Positions 15,043 through 24,210 of a DNA stretch of 64,000 bases are shown in pieces. The DNA comes from Candidatus Multivoradales bacterium (GTDB lineage Bacteria > Acidobacteriota > Thermoanaerobaculia > Multivoradales > Multivoraceae). How positions within the stretch are numbered: the first letter of the stretch is position 1; every line of letters starts with the position of its first letter. Position numbers and translations under genes: made by a program. Under the pieces are notes generated by a model. It was not told the DNA's origin. It made no database searches and saw only the letters and a program-made list of their open reading frames with translations. Location of the stretch: NCBI GenBank assembly GCA_965223325.1, contig CBDCWI010000002.1:2624001-2688000 (forward strand), given 5' to 3'.

Positions 15043-15137
15043 GGCGACGACGCCCCACACCTCCGTCCACCTCACTCAGTCTCTCTCTCTCAACTCCCTC
15101 TCTCCTCCCAGATCTCCCGATCCCAATCTCCAACCGA

Positions 15138-15596
15138 TCAAGACGAGGAACGCTCGCAGTCCTGCTCGCAGTACTGTTTGACGGCGTCCATATCCGACTC
15201 AATAGCCCGCGTCACCATGCCCTTGATCAACGGGTTCACCAGTCGCGCAATGAACTTGTGCGGCCGCGCGTCCATCACCATCTCGAGCTCTGATGACTCG
15301 GCTCCACTCGGGCTCACGGTGAAAACCGTGTCCCAGATCGTGCCACCGGTGTCCGACACCATGCGGACTCGTTCATTCGGAACGTACTCCTTCACTTCGA
15401 GCTCCGTCGACGCCTCGCGGCCATTCATCACTCGGGTTTCGCGAAAGCGTGTACCCACGCCGCGCTTCTCCTCGGTGAGAAACTCGATCTCCTTGATCGA
15501 TGGTGACGCTTGCTTGAAGCTCTCGATGTGAGCGACGGCATCGAAGACACGGTCAACGGGCGCATCGATCGTGCGCCGAACGGTAGTCCGAGACAT
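15138..15596 (-). CDS. SRPBCC (polyketide cyclase/START-like) family protein
   Basis: TIDAPVDRVF, GVGTRFRETR..GRE; GGAGAGG RBS. Confidence 0.88.
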   Translation of the reverse strand: MSRTTVRRTIDAPVDRVFDAVAHIESFKQASPSIKEIEFLTEEKRGVGTRFRETRVMNGREASTELEVKEYVPNERVRMVSDTGGTIWDTVFTVSPSGAESSELEMVMDARPHKFIARLVNPLIKGMVTRAIESDMDAVKQYCEQDCERSSS

Positions 15597-15648
15597 GGCC
15601 TCTCCTACAGGTAGTTTTCGAGGGAAGACCTGTCATGATCTCATCATC

Positions 15649-16545
15649 ATGCGAAACCCCGCTCTTGCCCCGTATGCCAAGCGTTTGGCTATGCTTTCCG
15701 GCCCGCTCCTCGCCCTCCTCGGCGCCACCTCCGGGCTGGCGCAGCGCCCCACGGCCGAAGACATCGAACGGCAGCTCGCCACTCCGCGACCCATCGAGGC
15801 GGTCGACAGTGTGTGGATCGAAGAGCTGACCTGGATGGAAGTTCGCGACGCCATCAAGGCCGGTAAAACCACCGCCATCGTGGCTTCGGGCGGCATCGAA
15901 CAGAACGGCCCGTATGTCGTGACGGGCAAACACAACGTGCTGATCGAAGGCACCTGTGAAGCCATCGCCCGACGCCTTGGCGACGCCCTGTGTGCACCCA
16001 CCCTTCGGCTGGTTCCCGAAGGCGGGATCGACCCGCCCTCGGGGCACATGCACTACCCCGGCACGTTCAGCGTCCGCGACGAAACCTACGAAGCGATTCT
16101 CGAAGACATGGCGGGAAGTCTTCGCGCCCATGGCTTTCAACACATCGCATTCCTCGGTGACAGCGGCGGCAATCAGGCTGGCATGAAGAAGGTCGCAGCG
16201 CTTCTGACCGAACGGTGGAAAGACACGGAGTCACCCACCGCGGTGCATTTCATCGCCGAGTACTACGACCACCCTGGCCTCTTGGCCTACCTCGAGAACG
16301 ACCTGGGCATCAAGCAACCCGAGAACGACGGCCTGCACGACGACTACGCCATCAACTCGATGCTGATGGTCGTCGACCCAACCAGCGTTCGCTACGAACA
16401 ACGCAAGAAGGCCGGCAAGGCAACCATCAACGGCGTCGCGCTCGATCCAATCGAGGAGACCCTCGCGATCGGTCGCAGGCTGACTCAGAGACGCGTCGAC
16501 CTCGCCGTCGCCAGCATCGAGAAGGCACGGTCGAGTACCAGGTAG
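15649..16545 (+). CDS. Creatininase family protein with signal peptide
   Basis: IEELTWMEVRD, GGIEQNGPY..GKH, YPGT, GDSGGNQ; start position uncertain. Confidence 0.85.
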   Translation: MRNPALAPYAKRLAMLSGPLLALLGATSGLAQRPTAEDIERQLATPRPIEAVDSVWIEELTWMEVRDAIKAGKTTAIVASGGIEQNGPYVVTGKHNVLIEGTCEAIARRLGDALCAPTLRLVPEGGIDPPSGHMHYPGTFSVRDETYEAILEDMAGSLRAHGFQHIAFLGDSGGNQAGMKKVAALLTERWKDTESPTAVHFIAEYYDHPGLLAYLENDLGIKQPENDGLHDDYAINSMLMVVDPTSVRYEQRKKAGKATINGVALDPIEETLAIGRRLTQRRVDLAVASIEKARSSTR

Positions 16546-16571
16546 CCGTCGCCCGCGCCGCCTCTTTCCCG

Positions 16572-18608
16572 TCAGCTACCGAACGACCGAATGACCTCGA
16601 CAAGACGGGCGATCTGTTCTTCGGAGAGGGACTCTCCCCACTCAGGCATCACGTCGCTCAAACCGTGTTCGGCACCACCGTCCCGAATGACAGCCGCAAT
16701 GAGCTCGTCGCTGACACTCGCCTGCCAGCTGCGATCGCTGAAGTCGCGCGGCTGCACGCTCTCCTCGAGTAGATACTGGCCGTCGACGCCGTGGCAGCGG
16801 CTGCAAAGCAGGCCGTACATGTCTTCGCCGGTGGCTACTGCTTCGAGCAGCGGCGCATTCGACCGGCGCAGCTCGTAGATCCCGCCCTTCCTTTTTGCCG
16901 ACGACAGCACCAAGAGGCGAATCCGATTGCCATAAGGAACCACGGCGCTGATCACTCCCAGACCTGGCGGCCGTACCGCAATGCGCTCGACTTCCCCACC
17001 GTCCAACTCGAGCGCAAAGACCTCTCCTGAGACGCAGTCGCCAAAGATGTAGCGACCGTAGAGAGCAGCCGAGCCACGGCTTCGATCGACGAACCCTCCG
17101 AGCGCACACGCGCGCAGTCCGTCGTGCGGGTACTCATAGAGTGGGAAGCGAAGCTCACCGGGCAGGCTCGCCACATCGTCTAGCAGCTCCCGGTTCCAGG
17201 CCTCCCGGTTGACTCGCGAGCCCTCGTACAACGCCCAGCCGTAGTTGCCCCCACTTTCGACGACGTTGATCTCCTCGATCAACTCCTGTCCGACATCCGC
17301 CGCCCACAGGCGGCCATCGGCCTCGTCGAACGAGAACCGAAAGGCGTTTCTGAACCCTATGGCGTAGAACTCCTCGAGTGCTTCGGCTTGGCCAACGAAC
17401 GGGTTCGAAAGAGGAATGCGGTAGCCCTTTGTGGTCCCGTCAACTGGCTGGCGCCCGATCGCCTTGCTCGCCGATGGATCGGTGCCGCCCCCAACATCAA
17501 GGCGAAGAATCCCGGTGTAGAAGTTCTTCGACAGCGTCTGGCTGTTCTCGAAGCTGTCGTTGACACCACCCTCGTCACCCATTCCAACGTACAGGTAGCC
17601 GTCCGGACCGAAAGCCAATCCACCACCGTTGTGCCAACCGTGACGGTTCAGCATCTCAATCAGAACCTGCTCGGCCCCGACGCGAAGCGGCTCGGCCGTG
17701 GTGATCGGGAACTGCGAGAGTCGAAAACTCGAGGCCGCGTCTTCCTCGGCAGTCATGTAGGTCAGCAGTAGCGCCTTCTGATCGGGCCGAATGGCAAAAC
17801 TGAAGGCACCACGTTCAGCGACAAGGTCACCAACCTCCGCGCGTAGATCGAGCACCGCATCGTGCGCTGGGTCCACACCGCCTCTGGAAAGACCGTTTTC
17901 GTCGACCGAAAGCAGAAGCCCGCTACGATCGAGAACCAGAAAACGTTGCGGCACGACGGGGTGGGCCTCGATCCACATCGGGTCGGTGATCACCAGGTCT
18001 TCCATCACCAGCTCGAAGGCCCAGGCCGAGGAGACCCCGCCGCGGGCTAAACGGGCGCTCTTGATCTCGTCTACGTAACCCAGGTAGGCGTCGTCGAACA
18101 GCACTGGCCGTGCCACCGACAGGACTGCTGCGAGAGCTGCAATCCACAGAATCGGCCAACGCAGAAGCCCGGAAACACCCGGCCACCCGGTGCCCGCGGT
18201 CTCGAGAGCCCTCCAGCGCACCACGCCCGAAACCAGGAACCCGCCAACGGCCACCAGTCCCACGAGAGCCGGGAGTTCGTTATGGCCCCAAGGCGCGGGG
18301 AAGAATGGCGCCGCAAAGGCTTTGTAGAGAAGAATCGCAGCGAAGTCAGCGAGCAATCCACGAACGGGTGCCTCGAACCGCCAACCGCACAGCGCGTCCA
18401 ACCGCCACCGGAAGCTAGCCAGGGCGCCAATCACGAAGCGCAACCCCGCCAGTGCGACGACGAACAGGGCGGCCAACGGAACAACCACCGGAACGTGCCG
18501 GACAAACACGAAAAGAGCGCTCGCAACGAGCGCACAGAACGCCAGGTGCAGCGCTCCAGCCAGGCCGGCCCGGAGAGGACTCGGCTGAGGATCGCGAAGG
18601 TAGGGCAA
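16572..18608 (-). CDS. Membrane-anchored glucose/sorbosone (PQQ-type) dehydrogenase with C-terminal cytochrome c
   Basis: N-terminal TM helices; HNGGGLAFGPDGYLYVGMGDEGG, GFRNAFRFSFD, GGNYGW; CSRCH plus a distal Met (VMPEW). Confidence 0.88.
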   Translation of the reverse strand: MPYLRDPQPSPLRAGLAGALHLAFCALVASALFVFVRHVPVVVPLAALFVVALAGLRFVIGALASFRWRLDALCGWRFEAPVRGLLADFAAILLYKAFAAPFFPAPWGHNELPALVGLVAVGGFLVSGVVRWRALETAGTGWPGVSGLLRWPILWIAALAAVLSVARPVLFDDAYLGYVDEIKSARLARGGVSSAWAFELVMEDLVITDPMWIEAHPVVPQRFLVLDRSGLLLSVDENGLSRGGVDPAHDAVLDLRAEVGDLVAERGAFSFAIRPDQKALLLTYMTAEEDAASSFRLSQFPITTAEPLRVGAEQVLIEMLNRHGWHNGGGLAFGPDGYLYVGMGDEGGVNDSFENSQTLSKNFYTGILRLDVGGGTDPSASKAIGRQPVDGTTKGYRIPLSNPFVGQAEALEEFYAIGFRNAFRFSFDEADGRLWAADVGQELIEEINVVESGGNYGWALYEGSRVNREAWNRELLDDVASLPGELRFPLYEYPHDGLRACALGGFVDRSRGSAALYGRYIFGDCVSGEVFALELDGGEVERIAVRPPGLGVISAVVPYGNRIRLLVLSSAKRKGGIYELRRSNAPLLEAVATGEDMYGLLCSRCHGVDGQYLLEESVQPRDFSDRSWQASVSDELIAAVIRDGGAEHGLSDVMPEWGESLSEEQIARLVEVIRSFGS

Positions 18609-18694
18609 AGAGATGACTCAGATTATCCCGGATCACGCGGCGTTGTCGTTCGACCTCGCTCGCCCCCCGGGATGGGATTGCAACCCCGAGAATA

Positions 18695-18736
18695 CCGTTT
18701 CGAGGCCCCACAGATCCGTTCCAGGCCTCGAGACGG
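18695..18736 (-). terminator. Possible terminator or stabilising hairpin downstream of the HTTM gene
   Basis: ccgtttcgaggcc / ggcctcgagacgg, 12/13 complementary, just after the stop at 18743; weak U tract. Confidence 0.4.
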
Positions 18737-18742
18737 AATCCC

Positions 18743-20116
18743 TCACCGCCGAGAAACGACGACAGCCTGCGCCTGGCTGGTCTTGACACGCAACAGGTCT
18801 CGCGTGGGATCGATCAAACGCCTCGCGGCCCGGCCGTTCATGGAGACCCAGCAGTCGGCGTAGGCGACTCCGTCTTCATGCTCCAGGTGAGCGGCGATCC
18901 TCTGCGCGCCCTCGATGATCATCGTTGGCTGATAGGCCATGCGCTCGGCTTGCAGCGGCGTGAACCAGTCCTCGGGCAGAACCGAGCGACAGTTTGGCGA
19001 AAGCTCCGGAGCGGTCGTCGGACCGTCGCAGTAGTGGTAGCGCAGGCTGCCGGACTTCTCGTTCAACATCACCCGCCACGAGAAGCGGTAGCCGGCCTCG
19101 CTCCAATTGACGTCGTCGGAGAGCGCCAGATGGCGCAGCGGCAGAACCAACTGCACAACGAGCAAGAGACCGACAGCGAAGGCGCCGCGTCCAGAAGGAA
19201 CCCAGGGAACTGAAAAGAGGGATCGGCTGTGACCGGAACGTCCCCTCAATGCTCGCAACCGTGCCAACACGTTACGCGGCCAACTCGGTTCGAAGAACGT
19301 GGTCGCTCCCAGAACCATCATCCACGGAAAAATGCCGAGTCGTGGAAACAGTGCCCAGGTCAACGAGTGAAAGACCACCACCGCGACGAAGGCCGGAACC
19401 CTTAGGCGCCGCCATGAGAGCGCAAAGGCCACCGAGAGATCGAAGATCGCCCCGGCCCAACTCATCAGAAGGGGCAACGCACCCAGGCCGAGCAGCGCGC
19501 CGAAGGGCCAACCATCGGCGCGCTGCGGTAGCCAGATGGCGAGCGGCTGACCGGCCAGCCAATCCGGGTTGAGCTTGGCGACGCCGGCAAAGAAGTAGAC
19601 CAGGCCGACCTGGGTGCGCACCGCAAAGAGCAGCCATCGGGGAACCAGCGAGCCTCTCCCATCACGCGTCAGCCGTGGCACCTGGCCACTCGCCAGGAGA
19701 AGGAACACGGCGACGATGAGGAAGTAGTGGTGGTTGACGTAGTTGGTTGGATCGAGCAGTTCGACCCAACCGAAGATCACGACGAACACAACCATCGCGA
19801 TGCGGCAGAGCCCCGCACTCACCCAGCTGCCAATCGCAATGAAGAGTGCGGCGAGCGCCGCCAGTGCAAACAGCGGTTCTACCCAAGACGGATCGGGTCG
19901 CGGAATCCATGCGAAGCCGGGGTAGCTGAGATGGATCGGCGACTGGGCGAACTGGCGCGCCGCCCAGCCATAGAACAGGTAGCGTGAAAGCAGGACGCAG
20001 CCCAGCACACCCAGGGCGAGACGAAACACCGCCAATGACGCTCCGTCGACCGGTTGGCAGAGGTGCCCTCGCAGCTCCGTCAACCTGATGCCGCGCCACC
20101 TCGAGGTGCCAATCAT
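18743..20116 (-). CDS. HTTM-domain protein (vitamin K-dependent gamma-carboxylase-like)
   Basis: VDGASLAVFR, YVNHHY, VYFFAGVAKLNPDWLAGQPL, GIFPW, WSEAGYRFSWRVML.EK.G, SMNGR...LIDP. Confidence 0.9.
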   Translation of the reverse strand: MIGTSRWRGIRLTELRGHLCQPVDGASLAVFRLALGVLGCVLLSRYLFYGWAARQFAQSPIHLSYPGFAWIPRPDPSWVEPLFALAALAALFIAIGSWVSAGLCRIAMVVFVVIFGWVELLDPTNYVNHHYFLIVAVFLLLASGQVPRLTRDGRGSLVPRWLLFAVRTQVGLVYFFAGVAKLNPDWLAGQPLAIWLPQRADGWPFGALLGLGALPLLMSWAGAIFDLSVAFALSWRRLRVPAFVAVVVFHSLTWALFPRLGIFPWMMVLGATTFFEPSWPRNVLARLRALRGRSGHSRSLFSVPWVPSGRGAFAVGLLLVVQLVLPLRHLALSDDVNWSEAGYRFSWRVMLNEKSGSLRYHYCDGPTTAPELSPNCRSVLPEDWFTPLQAERMAYQPTMIIEGAQRIAAHLEHEDGVAYADCWVSMNGRAARRLIDPTRDLLRVKTSQAQAVVVSRR

Positions 20117-21285
20117 CCGGTATCGCCGTCAGCGTCGCTCCACCCGACCGAGACCCCGAGCACGCTGACCAGTTCGGTCGCCACGACACGGTGGAGCTCA
20201 TCGAACGCCCGGTAGAGGCTCTCGAGCGCCGGCTGGTTCTCCGCCTCAGTCAGGTCGACGCCAACCGGCAGCTCGTCGACCGCCGCCCGGGTGCTCGAGA
20301 GGGTCTCGGTAACGAGCAGACCCGTTGCGGGAGCGACCTGGCCCACCAGATCGAACAGTCCGGCCGAAGAACCCGCTGGGTCGTCGGCGGATCGCGACCG
20401 ATAGATCGCATCGAACGCGTCGAGGAGCGCCTCGAGGTCGAGGCGATCGGCCCCCGCCGCCCCTTGGCCGAGAGTCAGTGTCTGCTGCTCTCTGAGTGCC
20501 GGAAGCAGTTCGCGGTCGGTGGTTTCGCGGAGCGCAAAAACCAAGCCGCGCACCAGTCGACCGAGGGCTTCGTTGCTTTCATAAGAGACGCTCCCCCGCC
20601 CCGCCAGGCGACCGACATAGTCCGTCCGCCACTCACTGGTCAGTTCGGCGGCTTCGTTGGCGATGACCGCGGTCGCCGCGATCAACAGATCGCACGAGCG
20701 GCTACCGGCAGTGAGGGTCTGGGCCCGCTGACCGAACAGGAGCTCCTCGACGACCCCTAGCCCTCGGGAACTGGCCGGCCAGCGCGTGCCCACCCGGTCG
20801 GGGTCTATCGGCTGGACGTCTTCGTCGAGTAGCTCCACAAGGCGCTCGTGCGACACCGGCCGCCAGTCGACCAGCGATAGGGTGCGCCGAGCATCGAACG
20901 GACCGTGCGACTGCAGGCGCACCGGAATCCAGTCACGGCGCGCCGTGCGCCAGGCCTCGCGGACCCGGTCGAGGTCGGCGCCCGTTCCCTGGGCTCGCGA
21001 ACAAACCTCCGAAGCCTGTTCGGCGAGATCTGCGCTGCTGGCTTCGAACGCTTCGTGAGCCGGCAGTAGGACCGCTTCGGCAAGGCCGCGCACGACATCC
21101 TGGCGGGTCGGTCGCGCACTCGTCTCGACAGGCTGGCATCCCACGATAGAGAGCGTCACCGCAAACGGCACGGCTAGAGAGCGCGCGAGGCTGGTACCGG
21201 CTCTTGCAGGCCTGGTCAACTGAAGCCCTCCCCACTCACAACGACGAGAGAAACTGGAGCAGGTCCGCCCGCTCCTCGCGCGCAA
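20113..21285 (-). CDS. Imelysin family lipoprotein
   Basis: Lipobox-like IVGC; REAW..AR..W, RGLGVVEELLF, C-terminal GVSVGWSDADGD; true start probably downstream of 21285. Confidence 0.8.
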   Translation of the reverse strand: MRARSGRTCSSFSRRCEWGGLQLTRPARAGTSLARSLAVPFAVTLSIVGCQPVETSARPTRQDVVRGLAEAVLLPAHEAFEASSADLAEQASEVCSRAQGTGADLDRVREAWRTARRDWIPVRLQSHGPFDARRTLSLVDWRPVSHERLVELLDEDVQPIDPDRVGTRWPASSRGLGVVEELLFGQRAQTLTAGSRSCDLLIAATAVIANEAAELTSEWRTDYVGRLAGRGSVSYESNEALGRLVRGLVFALRETTDRELLPALREQQTLTLGQGAAGADRLDLEALLDAFDAIYRSRSADDPAGSSAGLFDLVGQVAPATGLLVTETLSSTRAAVDELPVGVDLTEAENQPALESLYRAFDELHRVVATELVSVLGVSVGWSDADGDTG

Positions 21286-22642
21286 GATCGCGAAACCTGT
21301 CGCGCGAGGCTTCGGCTTCGCCGCCGTGCCAGAGAATCGCCTCGGTCAGATCACGGGCGCGGCCATCGTGGAGATAGCGCGTCTCGCCAGTGACGATCTC
21401 GGTCAGACCGATGCCCCACAGCGGCGTCGTGCGCCATTCTCGTCCGTTGGCCGCATGGTCCGGGCGGCCATCGGCAAGCTCATCGCCCATGTCGTGCAGC
21501 AACAAGTCGGTGAACGGGTGAATCGTCTGGTGACTGAGGGCTGCGATCTCGCTCTCTCCGGTTTCGAGAGTCGGCTGGTGGCACGTGCCGCAACCGGCAT
21601 CGATGAAGTGTCTGAAGCCACGCTGAGAAGACGGAGAGTCGAGGTCGCGTGCTAGCGGCACGGCCAGCATTCGAGAGTAGCGGAGCAGATGCTCGAAGCG
21701 CTGCGCCGGCACCTCAACCTCGCCCGGGGAGGCGCCAGAAGGCGCGGAAGCGCAAGCTGTCTGCACCGGGGGGCAGTTCGAGGTCGGGTTGAGCGGGCTG
21801 GTCAGACCGAGATCGTGCAGCAGCGCGTTCGCGATCTGCTCCTCGAGATCGGCGGCGTTGGCCTTCAAGCCGAAGCGGCCGACGCGCCCCGCGGGTCTGG
21901 ACCCGCTGGTCTCGAGACGGTTCAGGCGCCCCGAGATGCCGTCACCGTCGTTGTCATCGGGGTCCGCGAGCTCGAGGAGAGCTTCTTCGGGAACTGCCTC
22001 GAGCAGGCCAGCTCCGAACACCGGCGGCGCCAGGCGCGGCGAGTGCAGCGTTCCTTCGGGAAGCGCGCCGAACGCCATGTCGACAAACCGGTAGCGCGGT
22101 GCCATGAGCTCGTACGGTTCTCCGTCGGCCCACTCGCCGGTCACCGGAACGAGTTCGATCTCGACCCGGCCCTCGGCAGGTACACCGGGAATCGCTCGGT
22201 CCTGAAGCTGTCCACCGTAGAGAGGGCTCGGCCGCGCCGCTTCGCCGGTTTCGGTGACCGACAGCCGATGCAGAAGGCCGGGCTCTCGAGTCGAGCCAGG
22301 CATGCGACCCCGCCCATCGCGACCGTGACACGAAGAACACGCGGTGGCGTTGAAGGTCGGGCCGAGACCGTCGCGCGCTTCTGTCGAGGAGGGGGCGACG
22401 ACCCAGTTGCGATTGAAGAAGCTGTCGCCAATCTCGAAGGTGCGCCGATCTTCGAAGGACAGGCCGGGGATCGGCTGACTGAACGCCGCCGAGGTTGCGG
22501 CGAATACCGTTGCGGCCCCGCCGAGGTTTGCGCTGAGTGGCGGTAGCTCGACCGGACGGGCGCGACAGGCTTGGCAAAGGGCGAGCACAGAGGCCACCAC
22601 CAGGAGCGCCTTTGCGAGGTCTCGGAGTTGCAGGAGTGGCAC
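21236..22642 (-). CDS. Di-heme oxidoreductase (DHOR) family protein
   Basis: DGLGPTFNATACSSCH, YGGQLQD, GCGTCH, FTDLLLHDMG, EWRTTPLWGIG, YLHDGRAR..EAILWHGGEA. Confidence 0.92.
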   Translation of the reverse strand: MPLLQLRDLAKALLVVASVLALCQACRARPVELPPLSANLGGAATVFAATSAAFSQPIPGLSFEDRRTFEIGDSFFNRNWVVAPSSTEARDGLGPTFNATACSSCHGRDGRGRMPGSTREPGLLHRLSVTETGEAARPSPLYGGQLQDRAIPGVPAEGRVEIELVPVTGEWADGEPYELMAPRYRFVDMAFGALPEGTLHSPRLAPPVFGAGLLEAVPEEALLELADPDDNDGDGISGRLNRLETSGSRPAGRVGRFGLKANAADLEEQIANALLHDLGLTSPLNPTSNCPPVQTACASAPSGASPGEVEVPAQRFEHLLRYSRMLAVPLARDLDSPSSQRGFRHFIDAGCGTCHQPTLETGESEIAALSHQTIHPFTDLLLHDMGDELADGRPDHAANGREWRTTPLWGIGLTEIVTGETRYLHDGRARDLTEAILWHGGEAEASRDRFRDLAREERADLLQFLSSL

Positions 22643-22648
22643 GTGTCC

Positions 22649-23896
22649 CTAGCCCCGTGGGCTAGCCGGAATCACCGGAACCGGCGTCCCGATCTCGATG
22701 CCAACGGCTCGCATCGCAGCGACCAAGCGTTCCGAAAGCGTCTCGAGAGAGCGAATGGCAGTGAAGACCGCCTGCCGGCCCGGATCGTCGTCGGCCAGAT
22801 CGAGTTGCAAGTGACGATCGAAGGGCGCTTCGATGGCCGCGATGGCCGCGATGGAATCGGCCAGGGCTTCGTCGAGCTCACTGGCCTCCGCTGGGGCCAT
22901 CCCGCGAACCAGTTCGATGAACCCCGCACCGGGACTGCTGTCGCCATAGGCACCCCGAAGAACTGCCGCGATGCCCTCGATGTTGGCGCGCAGGTCGGCC
23001 GTCGTGTTGTCGGAGAAGCACGAGTGTTCCTCTTCCTGAGAACGCTCCTCATAGGGCACGGTCAAGCGCTCACCGGCGAGTTCGCCGCGCGTCAATTCAC
23101 CGACCCCCATGACGATCCGCACCAGGGAGCTCTCGGGATCAGCGACGAAACCAGAGCGGTAGTTCCCGGGAACGCCAGGCGCCCAGGCTCCTGCCAACCG
23201 ATCGAGGTGCTCGACCAGAAGGTTACTGAGCGTCGCGAGCAGTTGACGCCGGCGCTTGGCCCAGCGATCGGTCGTGTAGTCACTCAACGGTCGGTTGCCA
23301 GGCCCGTCGACCGCAAGATCCTGACCCCAGAGCATGAATTCGATGGCGTGCCAGCCCGTCGAGACGTTCTCTTCCCCACCCCGCTGGTTCAGGTCGATGA
23401 GGGCCGCCTGGTCGATCTCGGGAATGTCTTCAACCCGCTGGACGAGTCCGGGAACTGCCGCACTCCCTCCTTCAACCTCGTCGAGATAAGCCTCATCAAG
23501 TGGCCAGGCGTTGATGAGCATTTCCAGGCCATCCTGATCGACGGGGCCGTCGTAGAAGCGGTAGACCTCGGTACGTCCGTAGTGATCGCGCGCCGCCAGC
23601 CAAAGCTCTTTTGCCTTCGCCATGAGCTCGCTTGATGGTTCACTGGCAAAGGCCCGGATGGTTGCATCGAGGCGACGCGTCGCTTCCAGGGTCTGGCTGT
23701 ATTGGAGGCTGGCGCCCGCCGCGTAGCGCTCGACGACTACAGCAGCCGCTTCTGATCCGTCCACCGCACTGCCAACCGGCAACGAAACGTCCGGCGGGGC
23801 TCCCGGGTCAGGTGCAGCGCAGCCACTGCTCGCCGCAACACCAACGACCAACAACGCCAGAACGATGCCGCGCGCCCGATCCGTTCGGCGCTTCAC
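22649..23896 (-). CDS. Imelysin / iron-regulated lipoprotein (IrpA-like)
   Basis: WLAARDHYGRTEVYRFYDGPVD, INAWPLDEAYLD, TGWHAIEFMLWGQD, EHSCFSDNT; GTG at 23896 overlaps the upstream stop codon; lipobox SSGC. Confidence 0.9.
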   Translation of the reverse strand: MKRRTDRARGIVLALLVVGVAASSGCAAPDPGAPPDVSLPVGSAVDGSEAAAVVVERYAAGASLQYSQTLEATRRLDATIRAFASEPSSELMAKAKELWLAARDHYGRTEVYRFYDGPVDQDGLEMLINAWPLDEAYLDEVEGGSAAVPGLVQRVEDIPEIDQAALIDLNQRGGEENVSTGWHAIEFMLWGQDLAVDGPGNRPLSDYTTDRWAKRRRQLLATLSNLLVEHLDRLAGAWAPGVPGNYRSGFVADPESSLVRIVMGVGELTRGELAGERLTVPYEERSQEEEHSCFSDNTTADLRANIEGIAAVLRGAYGDSSPGAGFIELVRGMAPAEASELDEALADSIAAIAAIEAPFDRHLQLDLADDDPGRQAVFTAIRSLETLSERLVAAMRAVGIEIGTPVPVIPASPRG

Positions 23897-24036
23897 TTGC
23901 CGCCGCTCGCTTTGTGCCGCTTCATCGCCTGCTGGACGTGCTTGCAGCTCCGCTTGCAGCCCAACATCTTGACCAGCGGACACTTCTTGCAAGCCTTCTT
24001 GCGGGCGTACTTCCTACAGCAACGAGATCTAGCCAA
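23893..24036 (-). CDS. Small basic Cys-rich protein, 47 aa (CC-x8-CxxCP)
   Basis: Manual translation MARSRCCRKYARKKACKKCPLVKMLGCKRSCKHVQQAMKRHKASGGK; TTG start after GGAAG; stop overlaps the imelysin start (GTGA). Confidence 0.7.
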   Translation of the reverse strand: MARSRCCRKYARKKACKKCPLVKMLGCKRSCKHVQQAMKRHKASGGK

Positions 24037-24115
24037 AACAGGGCTTCCAGGGGGTTCGAAAGGAGCTGAAGACTCACATCCAGCCCCAACCTAGCCCTTT
24101 CGCGCCGGCCTTCCC

Positions 24116-24129
24116 TTGACCACGATCAA
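24116..24129. promoter_or_regulatory. FNR/DNR-type binding box
   Basis: TTGAC-CACG-ATCAA matches 9/10 positions of TTGAT-N4-ATCAA; lies between the divergent Crp/Fnr gene and the imelysin operon. Confidence 0.7.
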
Positions 24130-24210
24130 GTCCCCCGAACTTCGAAGACTGGTATTCTGGACCGACCAAGTCCTATTTCCATCCTACGAGCAGAAAACAC
24201 CCCCCGAACC

